Below are positions 20,353 to 30,300 of a DNA stretch of 64,000 nucleotides, piece after piece (position 1 is the stretch's first letter; each line of letters begins with the position of its first letter). The notes below the pieces were generated by a model. The model made no database searches and had not been told where the DNA came from. It was given only the letters and a program-made list of their open reading frames with translations. Source of the stretch: a candidate division WWE3 bacterium RIFCSPHIGHO2_02_FULL_38_14 (GTDB lineage Bacteria; Patescibacteriota; WWE3; UBA101185; UBA10185); NCBI GenBank assembly GCA_001772865.1, contig MEVD01000015.1, positions 9,084 through 73,083 on the forward strand, given 5' to 3'. Position numbers and translations under genes: made by a program.

Positions 20353-20428
20353 GGGGCGGTAGCCAAGGTGGTCACGGCACCGGTCTGAAAAACCGGCTAT
20401 GTGAGTTCGACTCTCACCCTCCCCACCA
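20353..20428 (+). tRNA. trnF: tRNA-Phe (anticodon GAA)
   Basis: Acceptor GGGGCGG/CCTCCCC (one C-U mismatch at 5:68), anticodon stem CCGGT/ACCGG, loop CTGAAAA, T arm GTGAG-TTCGACT-CTCAC, discriminator A, CCA. Confidence 0.8.
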
Positions 20429-20476
20429 AATTCGGACACGAGTCCTCTTTTTAAATCCAACTGCTATAATTCAGGT

Positions 20477-21091
20477 ATGGTTGATAAAATTCTATATCTT
20501 ATTCAACAATCTGGTGTTTTAATGCTTATGCCTCGCTCACATAATAAACAGCTTGGCACAACCTTTGATAATGTTGCATCTCACAGTCACCATGTAGCCA
20601 TAATTGCATATTGTCTTACCCGTATGGAAGGTTTATCTCACGAAAACGCAATGAAAGCGACCACAATAGCAGTCTTTCACGATTTAGCAGAAGCGAGAAC
20701 AGGAGACTTGGATTTTGTAGCAAAGCATTACGGACATAACAATGAGGAACAAGCAGTAAAAGACCAGTTTTCAGGAATTAAGTTTGGAAAAGATTTGGAA
20801 GATTTGCTGAAAGAGTACGAGGAGATAGAAACAATAGAATCCAAATGCGCTAAAGATGCTGACAGTTTAGAGCAACTTTACCAAGAGTGGGTATTAATGT
20901 GGCAGGGAAATAAGCTTGCACAGAAATGGTTTGAGTCCGATTTTAAAGATAGAGTACCTGGTTTAAGAACAAAATCAGCGAGAGTTATAGCAAACAAAAT
21001 GAAAGATAGCAATCCCCAAGAGTGGTGGTGGTCTCAATTCGTTAAAGATGATATGGCAATAGATAGAGAGAAATTACTGGGAAAAATGTAA
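20477..21091 (+). CDS. HD-domain metal-dependent phosphohydrolase
   Basis: H..H...HD....AE..TGD pattern (SHSHHVAI...FHDLAEARTGD). Confidence 0.7.
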   Translation: MVDKILYLIQQSGVLMLMPRSHNKQLGTTFDNVASHSHHVAIIAYCLTRMEGLSHENAMKATTIAVFHDLAEARTGDLDFVAKHYGHNNEEQAVKDQFSGIKFGKDLEDLLKEYEEIETIESKCAKDADSLEQLYQEWVLMWQGNKLAQKWFESDFKDRVPGLRTKSARVIANKMKDSNPQEWWWSQFVKDDMAIDREKLLGKM

Positions 21092-21230
21092 GTTTTTGAC
21101 CCTAAAAAAAGTTCACAAACACCATTCATAATACCTCACCAAAGATATTTACTTCGCATTACAACTAAAAAAACTGTCCATTTAGACAAGGAAAGAGCTT
21201 TTAAAACACTCAAACTGATATAATATTTCC

Positions 21231-21995
21231 ATGAGCATTAAAAGGCTTTCTCACTTACTGGACAAGGAATTAGCCAAATTAAATGGTTCAGTTGGATTAA
21301 ATGTTAAATTTTTATCTTCTAATGAAATTTACACATACAATGGAAAAACGCAATTTTGGTCTGCCAGTGTAATTAAAATTCCTATTGCACTTACATTTTA
21401 TGAACAGATCAAAGAAAAGAACATAAATGATACTGAAAAAGTAAAAATAACCGAAGATAATTATGTACTGGGCTCAGGAATCGCTAAACTATTAGACAAA
21501 AACAACAAATATACCTTTAAAGATTTAATAACTTTAATGTTAGTAGTTTCTGATAATACAGCTACTAATCAAATAGTTGATTTTATCGGTTGGGAATCGG
21601 TAGAAAAATATATGAAGGAAATAGGACTTGAAAATACAACTTTTAAACATAAAATGATGATTAAAGCGGGTAGAGGTCCAAACTTAACTACCCCTGAAGA
21701 AATGACAACTTTATTGGAAAGGATGTACAAAAATGAATTGCCTGGTTCGGAAATAGTTTTAAAAATAATGCAGGAGCAGCTTGACAGGACAAGAATTCCT
21801 CAACTTATCCCAAATGAAATACCAATATCTCATAAATTTGGTACATTACCCGAAGCATTACACGAAGTAGGAATTATTTACTCGAAAAATCCCTTTATCT
21901 TTTGCTTTTTTTCAGATGATCAAAAAGATAAAAAATTAACCAATGAGGTGTTGTCCGTGTGCGCAAAGCATTGTTTTGACTACTCAATGAAATAG
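21231..21995 (+). CDS. Class A beta-lactamase-like serine hydrolase (cytoplasmic, no signal peptide)
   Basis: SxxK (SASVIK), SDN (SDNTATN) and KTG-like HKFGT motifs in the correct order. Confidence 0.65.
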   Translation: MSIKRLSHLLDKELAKLNGSVGLNVKFLSSNEIYTYNGKTQFWSASVIKIPIALTFYEQIKEKNINDTEKVKITEDNYVLGSGIAKLLDKNNKYTFKDLITLMLVVSDNTATNQIVDFIGWESVEKYMKEIGLENTTFKHKMMIKAGRGPNLTTPEEMTTLLERMYKNELPGSEIVLKIMQEQLDRTRIPQLIPNEIPISHKFGTLPEALHEVGIIYSKNPFIFCFFSDDQKDKKLTNEVLSVCAKHCFDYSMK

Positions 21996-22039
21996 ATGAC
22001 GAGTATTAGAATTCACCCAAAATACAACTTTTAATAAAA

Positions 22040-22546
22040 GTGGATTATAATCAGATTATGTTAAAAACACCGGCAGCGACCATGGAAGGTGTAGAAAGTC
22101 TTAGACATCCCGGGGAAATAGTTATGCCTGAAACTTTTGATGCAGTAGCGATTGCGCTATCAAAAATAAAAGGGTATCCGCTAGACATAATGGTAGACCA
22201 TAAATCCGCTGTTTCACAACAAGAAATACTTGCTGCTTGGATCATGGGAGTGTCATCAATAGGGACCTCATATAAAGATATAAATCCGGACATTTTATTA
22301 GCAAATGCCCATCTTGGCGGTGAACAAAGAGAAGCAGCCGACATGTTATTGAGTACTTTGGATACTTTATCAGATTTCGCAATTACTGAAACACTTAAAG
22401 CTGGAGTAAACGGTGTTATAGCAGAAGCTGAAAAACAACTAAAGAAAAAAGGGTATCCTACGGATTCACCGGAAATACAGGACCTGTATAAATTAAATGC
22501 CGCAAAATCAATGTTTAATTCTACATACCCTCAAGACAAAAAGTAG
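22040..22546 (+). CDS. Hypothetical protein
   Basis: 168-aa ORF, no recognised motifs. Confidence 0.4.
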   Translation: MDYNQIMLKTPAATMEGVESLRHPGEIVMPETFDAVAIALSKIKGYPLDIMVDHKSAVSQQEILAAWIMGVSSIGTSYKDINPDILLANAHLGGEQREAADMLLSTLDTLSDFAITETLKAGVNGVIAEAEKQLKKKGYPTDSPEIQDLYKLNAAKSMFNSTYPQDKK

Positions 22547-22580
22547 ATAGATAGACTTTCAGGTAGTTAATAGTAAATGA

Positions 22581-24290
22581 TCATAATTTTTTGCAAGCTT
22601 CAACAAATCCCAAAAATATAGGATGAGGATTTAAAGGCCTGCTCATATATTCGGGGTGGAACTGAGTTCCGATATAAAACGGGTGGTCTTTAATTTCAAT
22701 TGCTTCTACAAGCTCTCCGTCCGGAGAATGTCCGGCAAAAACAAATCCGTTTTTTTCAAAATCTTTCTTGAATTTGTTATTAAATTCATATCTATGTCTG
22801 TGGCGCTCAAATACTAATTTTTCTGATTTTTCTGAATTATTTTTTAAGTTAAAGCCGACTCTAAGTCCGTCCGGCTGATTCCACGGTAAATTTTTATCAT
22901 TATTATATTTCCCATACAAGTCATATAGTTTTGTGTCTTTTTTAATGTAGCAGGGCCAGGCTCCCAGCCTGATTGTGCCACCGTATTGCTTTTTAATTAG
23001 ATATTCAAGCTGGTTAGGCATAATATGTATTACAGGGTATTTTGTATCTGGATCGGCTTCAGTGGTATTTGCTCCTTTCAAACCGAGTACATTACGGGCG
23101 AATTCTATAACTGCCATCTGCATTCCAAAACATAACCCTAAATAAGGCAATTTATTCTTCCTGGCATATTCTATAGCAATTACTTTACCTTCAGTTCCCC
23201 TGGATCCCCAGCCCTGCGGAACTACCAAACCGTTATAGTTTTTTAGAATTGCAGCCCCTCCTTTTTCTATTTTTTCACTATCAATCCAGTCAAACTTTAA
23301 GTTTACCCCATTCTGCCACGAGGCGTGCCTTAAAGCTTCTACAACAGAAACGTATGAGTCTATAAGCGAGTAGTCGCCAGTAACAAAATATTTTCCTACA
23401 ATGGCAATTTTTACTGTAATTTTCCATTTTTTAACCGCATTATTGGTCATTTCCTGCCACGAAGATATTTCTTTGTGCTTCTTGCTTCCCATACCTAATA
23501 ATTTTAAACAAGCTGTGGCAAAATGATGCTGGGGTTTGTGAAAAAGAAGAGGAACCTGATATATCGCATCTAAATCAGGTGCATTAAATAACATGTTTGG
23601 GGGAATATTACAAAAAAGAGCTAATTTATCTGCTCTCTTTTTATCAATTGGTTTTTCACTTCTGGCAACTATTATATCAGGCTGAATTCCCATCCCATTT
23701 AAAATATGAACACTTGTCTGCGCGGGCTTACTCTTTAATTCTCCGATATGGGCAAGGTATGGCAGATAAGTTACATGAACGTGTATTACATCTTTAGGCT
23801 TGCGAAGTTTTAATATTCTTGCCGCTTCAAAAAAAATGCCGTTTTTATATTCGCCTACCGTGCCGCCGTATTCAATAACAACTATTTCGGCTTTATTGGC
23901 TTCTCCCGCATATGTAATTCTCCTGATTATTTCATCCGTAACATGGGGGATAACATCTACCGTCTCTCCGCTGTATTCAAATGCCCGCTCTTTTCTTATC
24001 ACCTCGCTGTATATCTGGCCTGCGGTTATGTAGTTTTCTTTTTTAAGATTCTCGTGAACAAACCTTTCGTAGTGTCCTAAATCCTCATCGGTTTCCATAC
24101 CGTCGTGGGTGACAAAAACTTCTCCGTGCTCCTGAGGGCGCAAAGTACCAGCGTCTACATTAAAATACATATCAACTTTTACGGGGGTGACTTTAAATCC
24201 TCTGGATTTAAGTAAAAATGAGAGAGATGCTGTAATAATTCCTTTTCCTAAACCCGATACTACTCCACCGGAAACAAAAATATATTTCAT
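22581..24290 (-). CDS. pyrG: CTP synthase
   Basis: MKYIFVSGGVVSGLGKGI N-terminus and the glutamine amidotransferase domain (GLCFGMQ, HPE). True start is at 24290 with SD GGAGGA 7 nt upstream. The track ORF adds a 16-aa N-terminal extension. Confidence 0.9.
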   Translation of the reverse strand: MKYIFVSGGVVSGLGKGIITASLSFLLKSRGFKVTPVKVDMYFNVDAGTLRPQEHGEVFVTHDGMETDEDLGHYERFVHENLKKENYITAGQIYSEVIRKERAFEYSGETVDVIPHVTDEIIRRITYAGEANKAEIVVIEYGGTVGEYKNGIFFEAARILKLRKPKDVIHVHVTYLPYLAHIGELKSKPAQTSVHILNGMGIQPDIIVARSEKPIDKKRADKLALFCNIPPNMLFNAPDLDAIYQVPLLFHKPQHHFATACLKLLGMGSKKHKEISSWQEMTNNAVKKWKITVKIAIVGKYFVTGDYSLIDSYVSVVEALRHASWQNGVNLKFDWIDSEKIEKGGAAILKNYNGLVVPQGWGSRGTEGKVIAIEYARKNKLPYLGLCFGMQMAVIEFARNVLGLKGANTTEADPDTKYPVIHIMPNQLEYLIKKQYGGTIRLGAWPCYIKKDTKLYDLYGKYNNDKNLPWNQPDGLRVGFNLKNNSEKSEKLVFERHRHRYEFNNKFKKDFEKNGFVFAGHSPDGELVEAIEIKDHPFYIGTQFHPEYMSRPLNPHPIFLGFVEACKKL

Positions 24291-24469
24291 CAGCCATCCT
24301 CCGAAGCAATCAAAAAAGAACGCAGCATATGCGTTCACTTATTACAATATTAATACAATCTAAACTGTAAAGTCAATAAAAGTTTTAAGAAGCGGGTAGT
24401 AAACTTAATTATTAAATTTAGGTATAATTAGAAAATAAAAGTATATTAATTTATGATTATTTTAGTTGA

Positions 24470-25705
24470 ATGACTAATACACCACACATAAAACTAATTT
24501 TAATAACTATTGTAACTATTTTGCTCGCGGGCATAGTTTTATTTATCGAAAAATATCTCGGAAATACAGGTTCGATTTCAATTTTAAGAATAAACGAAAA
24601 TGGAGGTATTTCTTTTGTGCCGCTTGAAAATACCGAACTTGCTATAAAAACTGTTACAGATAAACAATCGGAAAATAAAGTTGACTATAAAATACAGGAA
24701 ATTGCAAAAAACCTTGACGTGCCTTGGAGCATAGCTTTTACTGCTGATAAAAGAACATTGGTAACCGAAAGAAAAGGAAATATAAGAGTACTGGAAAACA
24801 CAATTCTTAAAACCCAGCCCTTAATTACGATTAACGACGTTGTAACAGGCGATGAGGAAGGATTAATGGGTCTGGCAGTTGATCCTGATTATGATAATAA
24901 TAAATATATTTACGCCTGCTACGCATACTTGGAAGTAAATAATATGTACGATAAAGTTCTGCGTTTAATTGATAACGGTGAAAGTGCGGAAATTGACCGA
25001 ATATTAATAGAAAAAATTCCCGCAGCAAGATACCATGCCGGATGCAGGCTCAAGTTCGGACCGGACGGCAAATTGTATATAACAACCGGAGACGCCTTAA
25101 ATAAAGACCAGGCTCAGGATTTAAAATCTCTCGGCGGAAAAATTCTCAGAATAGAAAGAGACGGATCGATTCCGGATGACAACCCGTTTATTGATTCGCC
25201 GGTTTATACTTACGGGCACAGAAATCCCCAGGGAATTGAATGGAATAAAAGCACCGGACTTATGGTTTCTACTGAACACGGCCCCAGCGGCACGGACGGT
25301 CCAGGAGGCGGTGACGAAATAAATATAATTAATCCCGGTAAAAACTATGGCTGGCCTTTGGTTTCGCACGAAGGCACTTTGAGCGGCACTGAAAGCCCCA
25401 AAATGGTTTTTACCCCTGCAGTAGCACCCGCTTCCGCACTAATGTATTCCGGAAAGTTATTCCCCCAATTTAAAGACAAATTATTTTTCGGGGGACTGAG
25501 GGGGGAAGGAGTTTATGTGGTCTCATTTTCCGAGGAAGAACCCGAAAAAGTAGAAACTTACGTAAAATTGAAAAACTTAAATTTCGGTCGAATCAGAGAT
25601 ATAGTAGAGAGTCCATCAGGGGAAATCTGGTTTACTACCAGCAATACCGATGGAAGAGGCAACGTTAGGGACGGCGACGACAAGATTTATAGGTTGTCGC
25701 TTTAA
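24470..25705 (+). CDS. Soluble glucose/sorbosone dehydrogenase-like beta-propeller (PQQ-dependent SGDH family)
   Basis: N-terminal anchor, then DVPWSIAFTADKRTLVTERKGNIRVL and repeated propeller blades. Confidence 0.7.
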   Translation: MTNTPHIKLILITIVTILLAGIVLFIEKYLGNTGSISILRINENGGISFVPLENTELAIKTVTDKQSENKVDYKIQEIAKNLDVPWSIAFTADKRTLVTERKGNIRVLENTILKTQPLITINDVVTGDEEGLMGLAVDPDYDNNKYIYACYAYLEVNNMYDKVLRLIDNGESAEIDRILIEKIPAARYHAGCRLKFGPDGKLYITTGDALNKDQAQDLKSLGGKILRIERDGSIPDDNPFIDSPVYTYGHRNPQGIEWNKSTGLMVSTEHGPSGTDGPGGGDEINIINPGKNYGWPLVSHEGTLSGTESPKMVFTPAVAPASALMYSGKLFPQFKDKLFFGGLRGEGVYVVSFSEEEPEKVETYVKLKNLNFGRIRDIVESPSGEIWFTTSNTDGRGNVRDGDDKIYRLSL

Positions 25706-25719
25706 CCGTATTTTACGCT

Positions 25720-26097
25720 CTATAAATATTTTTGGTTTATAAGAAAAATATATTCCGGATCCAGCTCTAAAACACTCAATGTCTGATTTGATGGCCTGAA
25801 TCTGTACTTTTCAATATCCAGAGTTAAATTATTATTAACTTTAATGTTTTCCGACTCAAGCATTTCTTTCTGCATAATTGCTGTGTGATCCAAACAGTTC
25901 GTGCTAATCCTCCCCGCACTATTTATAACCCTCCACCACGGCAGATTGTATTTATCAGAATAATCATGAAGAACCCACCCCACCTGCCTTGCCGCTCTGG
26001 GAACACCTGCCATTAATGCCACCTGACCGTAGCTGACGACATATCCTAAGGGAATTAATTTAACTATTTGAATAATTTTATCTTTAAATTTAGACAC
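25720..26097 (-). CDS. Alkyltransferase-like protein (MGMT/Ogt DNA-binding domain lacking the active-site Cys)
   Basis: PLGYVVSYGQVALMAG.PRAARQVG...LPWWRVIN: PWWRV replaces PCHRV. Confidence 0.65.
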   Translation of the reverse strand: MSKFKDKIIQIVKLIPLGYVVSYGQVALMAGVPRAARQVGWVLHDYSDKYNLPWWRVINSAGRISTNCLDHTAIMQKEMLESENIKVNNNLTLDIEKYRFRPSNQTLSVLELDPEYIFLINQKYL

Positions 26098-26115
26098 TTG
26101 TGATATTATACTATT

Positions 26116-26730
26116 ATGAAAGGTGCTGCTGTTGCTGACGAAACAGAGGATTTAAAAGGCTTGGAATATAACGCCTCAATAGAGTTACGAAATTTAGAAG
26201 CTGCTGAAAAAGAGCTAACTACATCAGACCACCTCTTAACTCCACAAGAAATTGTAGACTATTTCGAGCAGAGAATCAGCACTAATATTGCTTTAATTGA
26301 ATATTATAGAGGAAAGGGATTGGAAATGTATGAAGCTGATGAAGAAAGCGGCAAATCAGTATTATCCCGATTAGGAACAGCAGTGCATGATAATTCATTT
26401 GTTGAACATATGATAGGAAAACTTAAAGAAAGCGGTTCTTTGCAGGAGTTTGTTGCCATGAACCCACCCGCCTCAAATGGTAAATCCGGCACCTCACTAT
26501 TAAAGGAGGTTGCACAGGAATTGCACAATGCAAGGGCTCATGTGAAAAACAGAAACAACTTTGTAGAGACCTCTAATTTGGATGAGGCAATTGCTGATTT
26601 AATAGGAAATGAAAGATGGGTAAGGATTTTACAACATGAAAGCGAAAATATTGGAACAGCCTATATAGAACCAGAAGTAAGCTTCAATGCCGGTTTTCAG
26701 AAAATGGTATCATCTGAATCAAGTATTTAA
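26116..26730 (+). CDS. Hypothetical protein
   Basis: 204 aa, acidic, no motifs. Confidence 0.4.
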   Translation: MKGAAVADETEDLKGLEYNASIELRNLEAAEKELTTSDHLLTPQEIVDYFEQRISTNIALIEYYRGKGLEMYEADEESGKSVLSRLGTAVHDNSFVEHMIGKLKESGSLQEFVAMNPPASNGKSGTSLLKEVAQELHNARAHVKNRNNFVETSNLDEAIADLIGNERWVRILQHESENIGTAYIEPEVSFNAGFQKMVSSESSI

Positions 26731-26776
26731 AGTACCTTGCAAATCCATTTATTTTATAATTAAATTATGGAAATTT

Positions 26777-26852
26777 GGGGGGTTAGCTCAGCGGTTAGAG
26801 CGCTCGGCTTACATCCGAGAGGTCATAAGTTCAAATCTTATATCCCCCACCA
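26777..26852 (+). tRNA. trnV: tRNA-Val (anticodon UAC)
   Basis: Acceptor GGGGGGT/ATCCCCC, D stem GCTC/GAGC, anticodon stem CTCGG/CCGAG, loop CTTACAT, T-loop TTCAAAT, CCA. Confidence 0.85.
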
Positions 26853-26947
26853 TTATAACGCTTCGTAGTTCACACCAAAAAGGTTGTAGGTTCAATTCAT
26901 ATAACCCCAACAACATTTTTCACAATATAATTTAATTAGTGGGATTT

Positions 26948-27328
26948 TTAACTAAACAATTCTTTTAAACTTTTTGGAAATCCCTTCAAATACAAAAGCG
27001 CCAAAGGTGCTCCGATATTCGCAAACCGTTCCAAAAAGTCCCAAATAGGCTCGCCGGCAATAGGACGGATCAGCGCTGTGGAAAATGCCCAAAATGTCAT
27101 CCAAACCAGCGCCAGCCTCAAAGGTTTAATAAGTACTAAAACTGCCAGAGTAATATCCAAAGCGCCGATTATAGGCATAATTGTTGAGGCAGTTTCCGCG
27201 GGAATACCAACCGAAGTTAAATATGGAATCCAGCTTTGCTTAACCATCAGCCCGAACACACCATGTCCTATAAACTCACCGGCTACTGCTATTCTTAAAA
27301 TCCATTCTAATTTTTTATTTTTATCCAT
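26948..27328 (-). CDS. DoxX-family membrane protein
   Basis: 126 aa, 4 TM. N-terminus LRIAVAGEFIGHG is typical of DoxX. Confidence 0.6.
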   Translation of the reverse strand: MDKNKKLEWILRIAVAGEFIGHGVFGLMVKQSWIPYLTSVGIPAETASTIMPIIGALDITLAVLVLIKPLRLALVWMTFWAFSTALIRPIAGEPIWDFLERFANIGAPLALLYLKGFPKSLKELFS

Positions 27329-27358
27329 AATTAATTAAATTATATTATAAATTAAATA

Positions 27359-30300
27359 CTACTTTTCTGTGTGCGGACTTTCCCCATTACCAGAGGCTTC
27401 ATCAACGCTTTTTTTTGATCTACCTTTTAAAAGTCTTCTGGCATCAATTCCTTTAACAACAAATAGAGTACTGGCAATTACCACTGCCATTACAACGGCA
27501 GCAAACACTACGAAAATCATAATAATCAGAACCCGGCTTTTCGGCGAATAATTTGCATTAAATATTGCCGCAAGCTGTCCACCCAAAGGAGTAGTTGTGC
27601 CTTTGCTAATAACAAGGTTTCGCGACGTTGTTACTACCTGAGCTTCGGACCTTCCGCTTATTTCCGGTGAATACATTAAAGACACAGTCGCAGGCGGAGT
27701 TAGAAATTCACCTTCACTCACCACCCGCGCCTTATACGAATAACTAAATTTTCCAGTAGGAACACTGTACAACGACATTACTACTCCGTTTTGGGTATAC
27801 TCACGCACATAATAATTGTAGCCATAATTATAGTAATAATGAGTAATTAAATTCGAGTCGGATTTCTTTTCGTTATCGAATTTGTAATTTATAGGAACCA
27901 TGCCAGCAGGCAGCTGGTCTTCTAAAACTCCGTAACTTTCAGAATACGCCAGTCCTTCAACAATTAAATTAACATTTACAGTTTCGCCGACCGATAATGA
28001 ATAAGCGGGATTTTTGCTGTTTACATATTCTCTACTTATAGAAATTCCGTCTGATCTTTTTGATGTTTCAACTGCTGTTCTAAATTGATCCAGAACCATT
28101 GTGGAATACAACTGTCCGGTGCCTTCTTTATTAACTTTTAAATTTATTGCGTTTCCTTTTTTAATTCCCTTTAGATCTAAAGTATTTATTTTCTGCTTTG
28201 CGGATGTAACTGCTCCAGAGGAAATCACGTCATCGCCCAACATAACTTCATATTTAAAATCAGGATTCAGTTCACCGACAGATTTTGAATACTCAACCAG
28301 CGCCCGCATAACCTGGACAGTTCCAAAAGTGTTAGACCAGTAGTCGTGTTTTCTGCTGTTAGACAAATATCTTACTCCTTTAAAAATAGTATCTTTATCC
28401 ACATTAGCCATAATCAAAGCGTTTACTACCAAACCTGTTGAAGCATCTCTTGAACCGAACCTGTCTCCGGCACCACTTTCCCAGAATAAACTCTCTCCTT
28501 GTTTTACTGCTTTGCTCAATATTAATGAAACACCGTTTTTGGAGTTATCTTTGAAACCGTTTCTAATGTTCGCCATAACTCCATACGCAAGTACATCAGG
28601 AGTCATGTCATTACTCAAGCTCACAAAACTCTTTCCCTTATCCGAACCCATCACTGATAATGAATAAATCCTAATGGGATCCAATAACGAATTCGGCTGT
28701 GCATTTTCCAGATACATTTTGGAAGAAGTAAGTAAATCATCTACCGCTCCAGGTTTTAAAGTATCAAGCAAAACCAAATATTCCGCTACATATGAGGTAA
28801 TACCAACATCTGAAATCTTTGAGCTCCACCAACTCCACCCGCCGTCCCAATTCTGCATAGCCCTAAGCCTTTCCAATCCTTCGTCAATCATAGCGTCAGT
28901 ATTTTTTTCTTTCAAAGCTTCCGAAAGAATATCTGGATTACTGGCAGCAATTATTACGGGAACCAGTCTGCTGGTAGTTTGTTCAATACACCCGTAGGGA
29001 TAGTTAACCAAATATTTCATAGAGGAAAGCATCGATCCGGTTAAACTCGAAGATAAGAACAATTGATAATTTGATTCTGATTCTAAAACGTCTTCGGGGA
29101 TATTGATTTCATAAGATGCGGAGTCATATTTAGTTGAAGCGGTTTTTTCTTTATAACCGAAATTTTTAATTGGGAGCTCAACTGTTATGGTATCGGAATC
29201 TTCTTCATTTTCAGTTGAAACAGCCGAATAAGTAAATTTGGTTTTTTCGTTAGCGAACCCGGGAATATAATCCCAATAAATCTGTTTAACACTATTGGAA
29301 CTTATTTGAACCGGATTAGTTAAGCCACGTAAAGGAAGCTCCCTTGATCTGCTCAAATCATTACCGCCATTTTCCTCAACTTTCAGTGAAACTTCAAAAG
29401 TCGAATCATTGTCGGTGTAATTTTGAACCAAAGACGACATTACCATTTTATCTCCCACTCTCGCCAGATTCGGATGGATTGGCCTTACAATAACGTCTTT
29501 TGTAACCACAATTTCTTTTGTGGACTGCCCAACCTGTGTTTCACGGGTATCCGCTATGTCGGAAATTACCCAGGTCGTCAAATTATCGGGCAGTTTAACC
29601 GTAACCGTAGCCTTGCCGCTCTCATCGGTCTTTAAAGAAGGATTCCAATAAGCAGTATCTTTAAAAACGGTTCTGGGAGCTGATGTACCTCCTTTGTCAT
29701 TATGTACCCATACTCCACCGGCAAAATAAGTGTGGTAATTCTCAACTTCCAAGTTATAAACAGTAACACTGTCCAATACCCATTCCACCGATCTCACTTC
29801 CGCACTGCTTCCGTCCAATCCCAAAAGCAAGTCTCCCGTGTCAATATTTCCGGCGGTTTTCCAAGTGTCATTAATTCTTAAAACATGTTCGGGAGTTACT
29901 TTTAAGTCGCCGTTAATAATTAAATATCCTTCAACATCAGTTTTGTGGACATTTAAAACTTTGGCTTTAACCAATTCCCCCGAATCATAGCTCTTTCTGG
30001 TTAAAACATACTCACCGGGTTCAACTTCTGAAATATGTTTAAACACATTTCCTTCAGTAAGAACTAATGTATCTCCGGTAAAACACCCCCCGTATCCGCC
30101 GGCGGCATCCATGCTGATACTCTCCAAAGAATTTGAAAATCCCGTCTCGTTAAATCTTTCCGACCAAAAAGCGTCAAAAATCTTTCTGCCATCAGGAGGA
30201 AAAAGCTCGAAAAGTGCTTTATCTACAATCCACAGCGCCGTATCAGCCGAAACAGGCCTTCCGTTATTATCTTTGGTTTCCACCTGTATCTCAACATTCT

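Noticed and set aside
24291-24338. N-terminal extension MNAYAAFFFDCFGGWL of the pyrG ORF
   Set aside because: Conserved CTP synthase N-terminus begins at MKYIFVSGG with a good SD (GGAGGA) upstream, so the extension is an upstream in-frame ATG artefact.
26853-26925. Possible second tRNA or tRNA fragment right after tRNA-Val (contains GGTTCAATTC, a T-loop-like string)
   Set aside because: No acceptor, D or anticodon stems could be paired. Probably a chance T-loop-like motif in AT-rich spacer.
29690-30085. Interpretation of the Hint domain as a canonical protein-splicing intein
   Set aside because: The residue following the terminal Asn is Asp rather than Cys/Ser/Thr, so a standard splicing mechanism lacks its +1 nucleophile. 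Classed as a BIL/Hint domain with possible cleavage-only chemistry.
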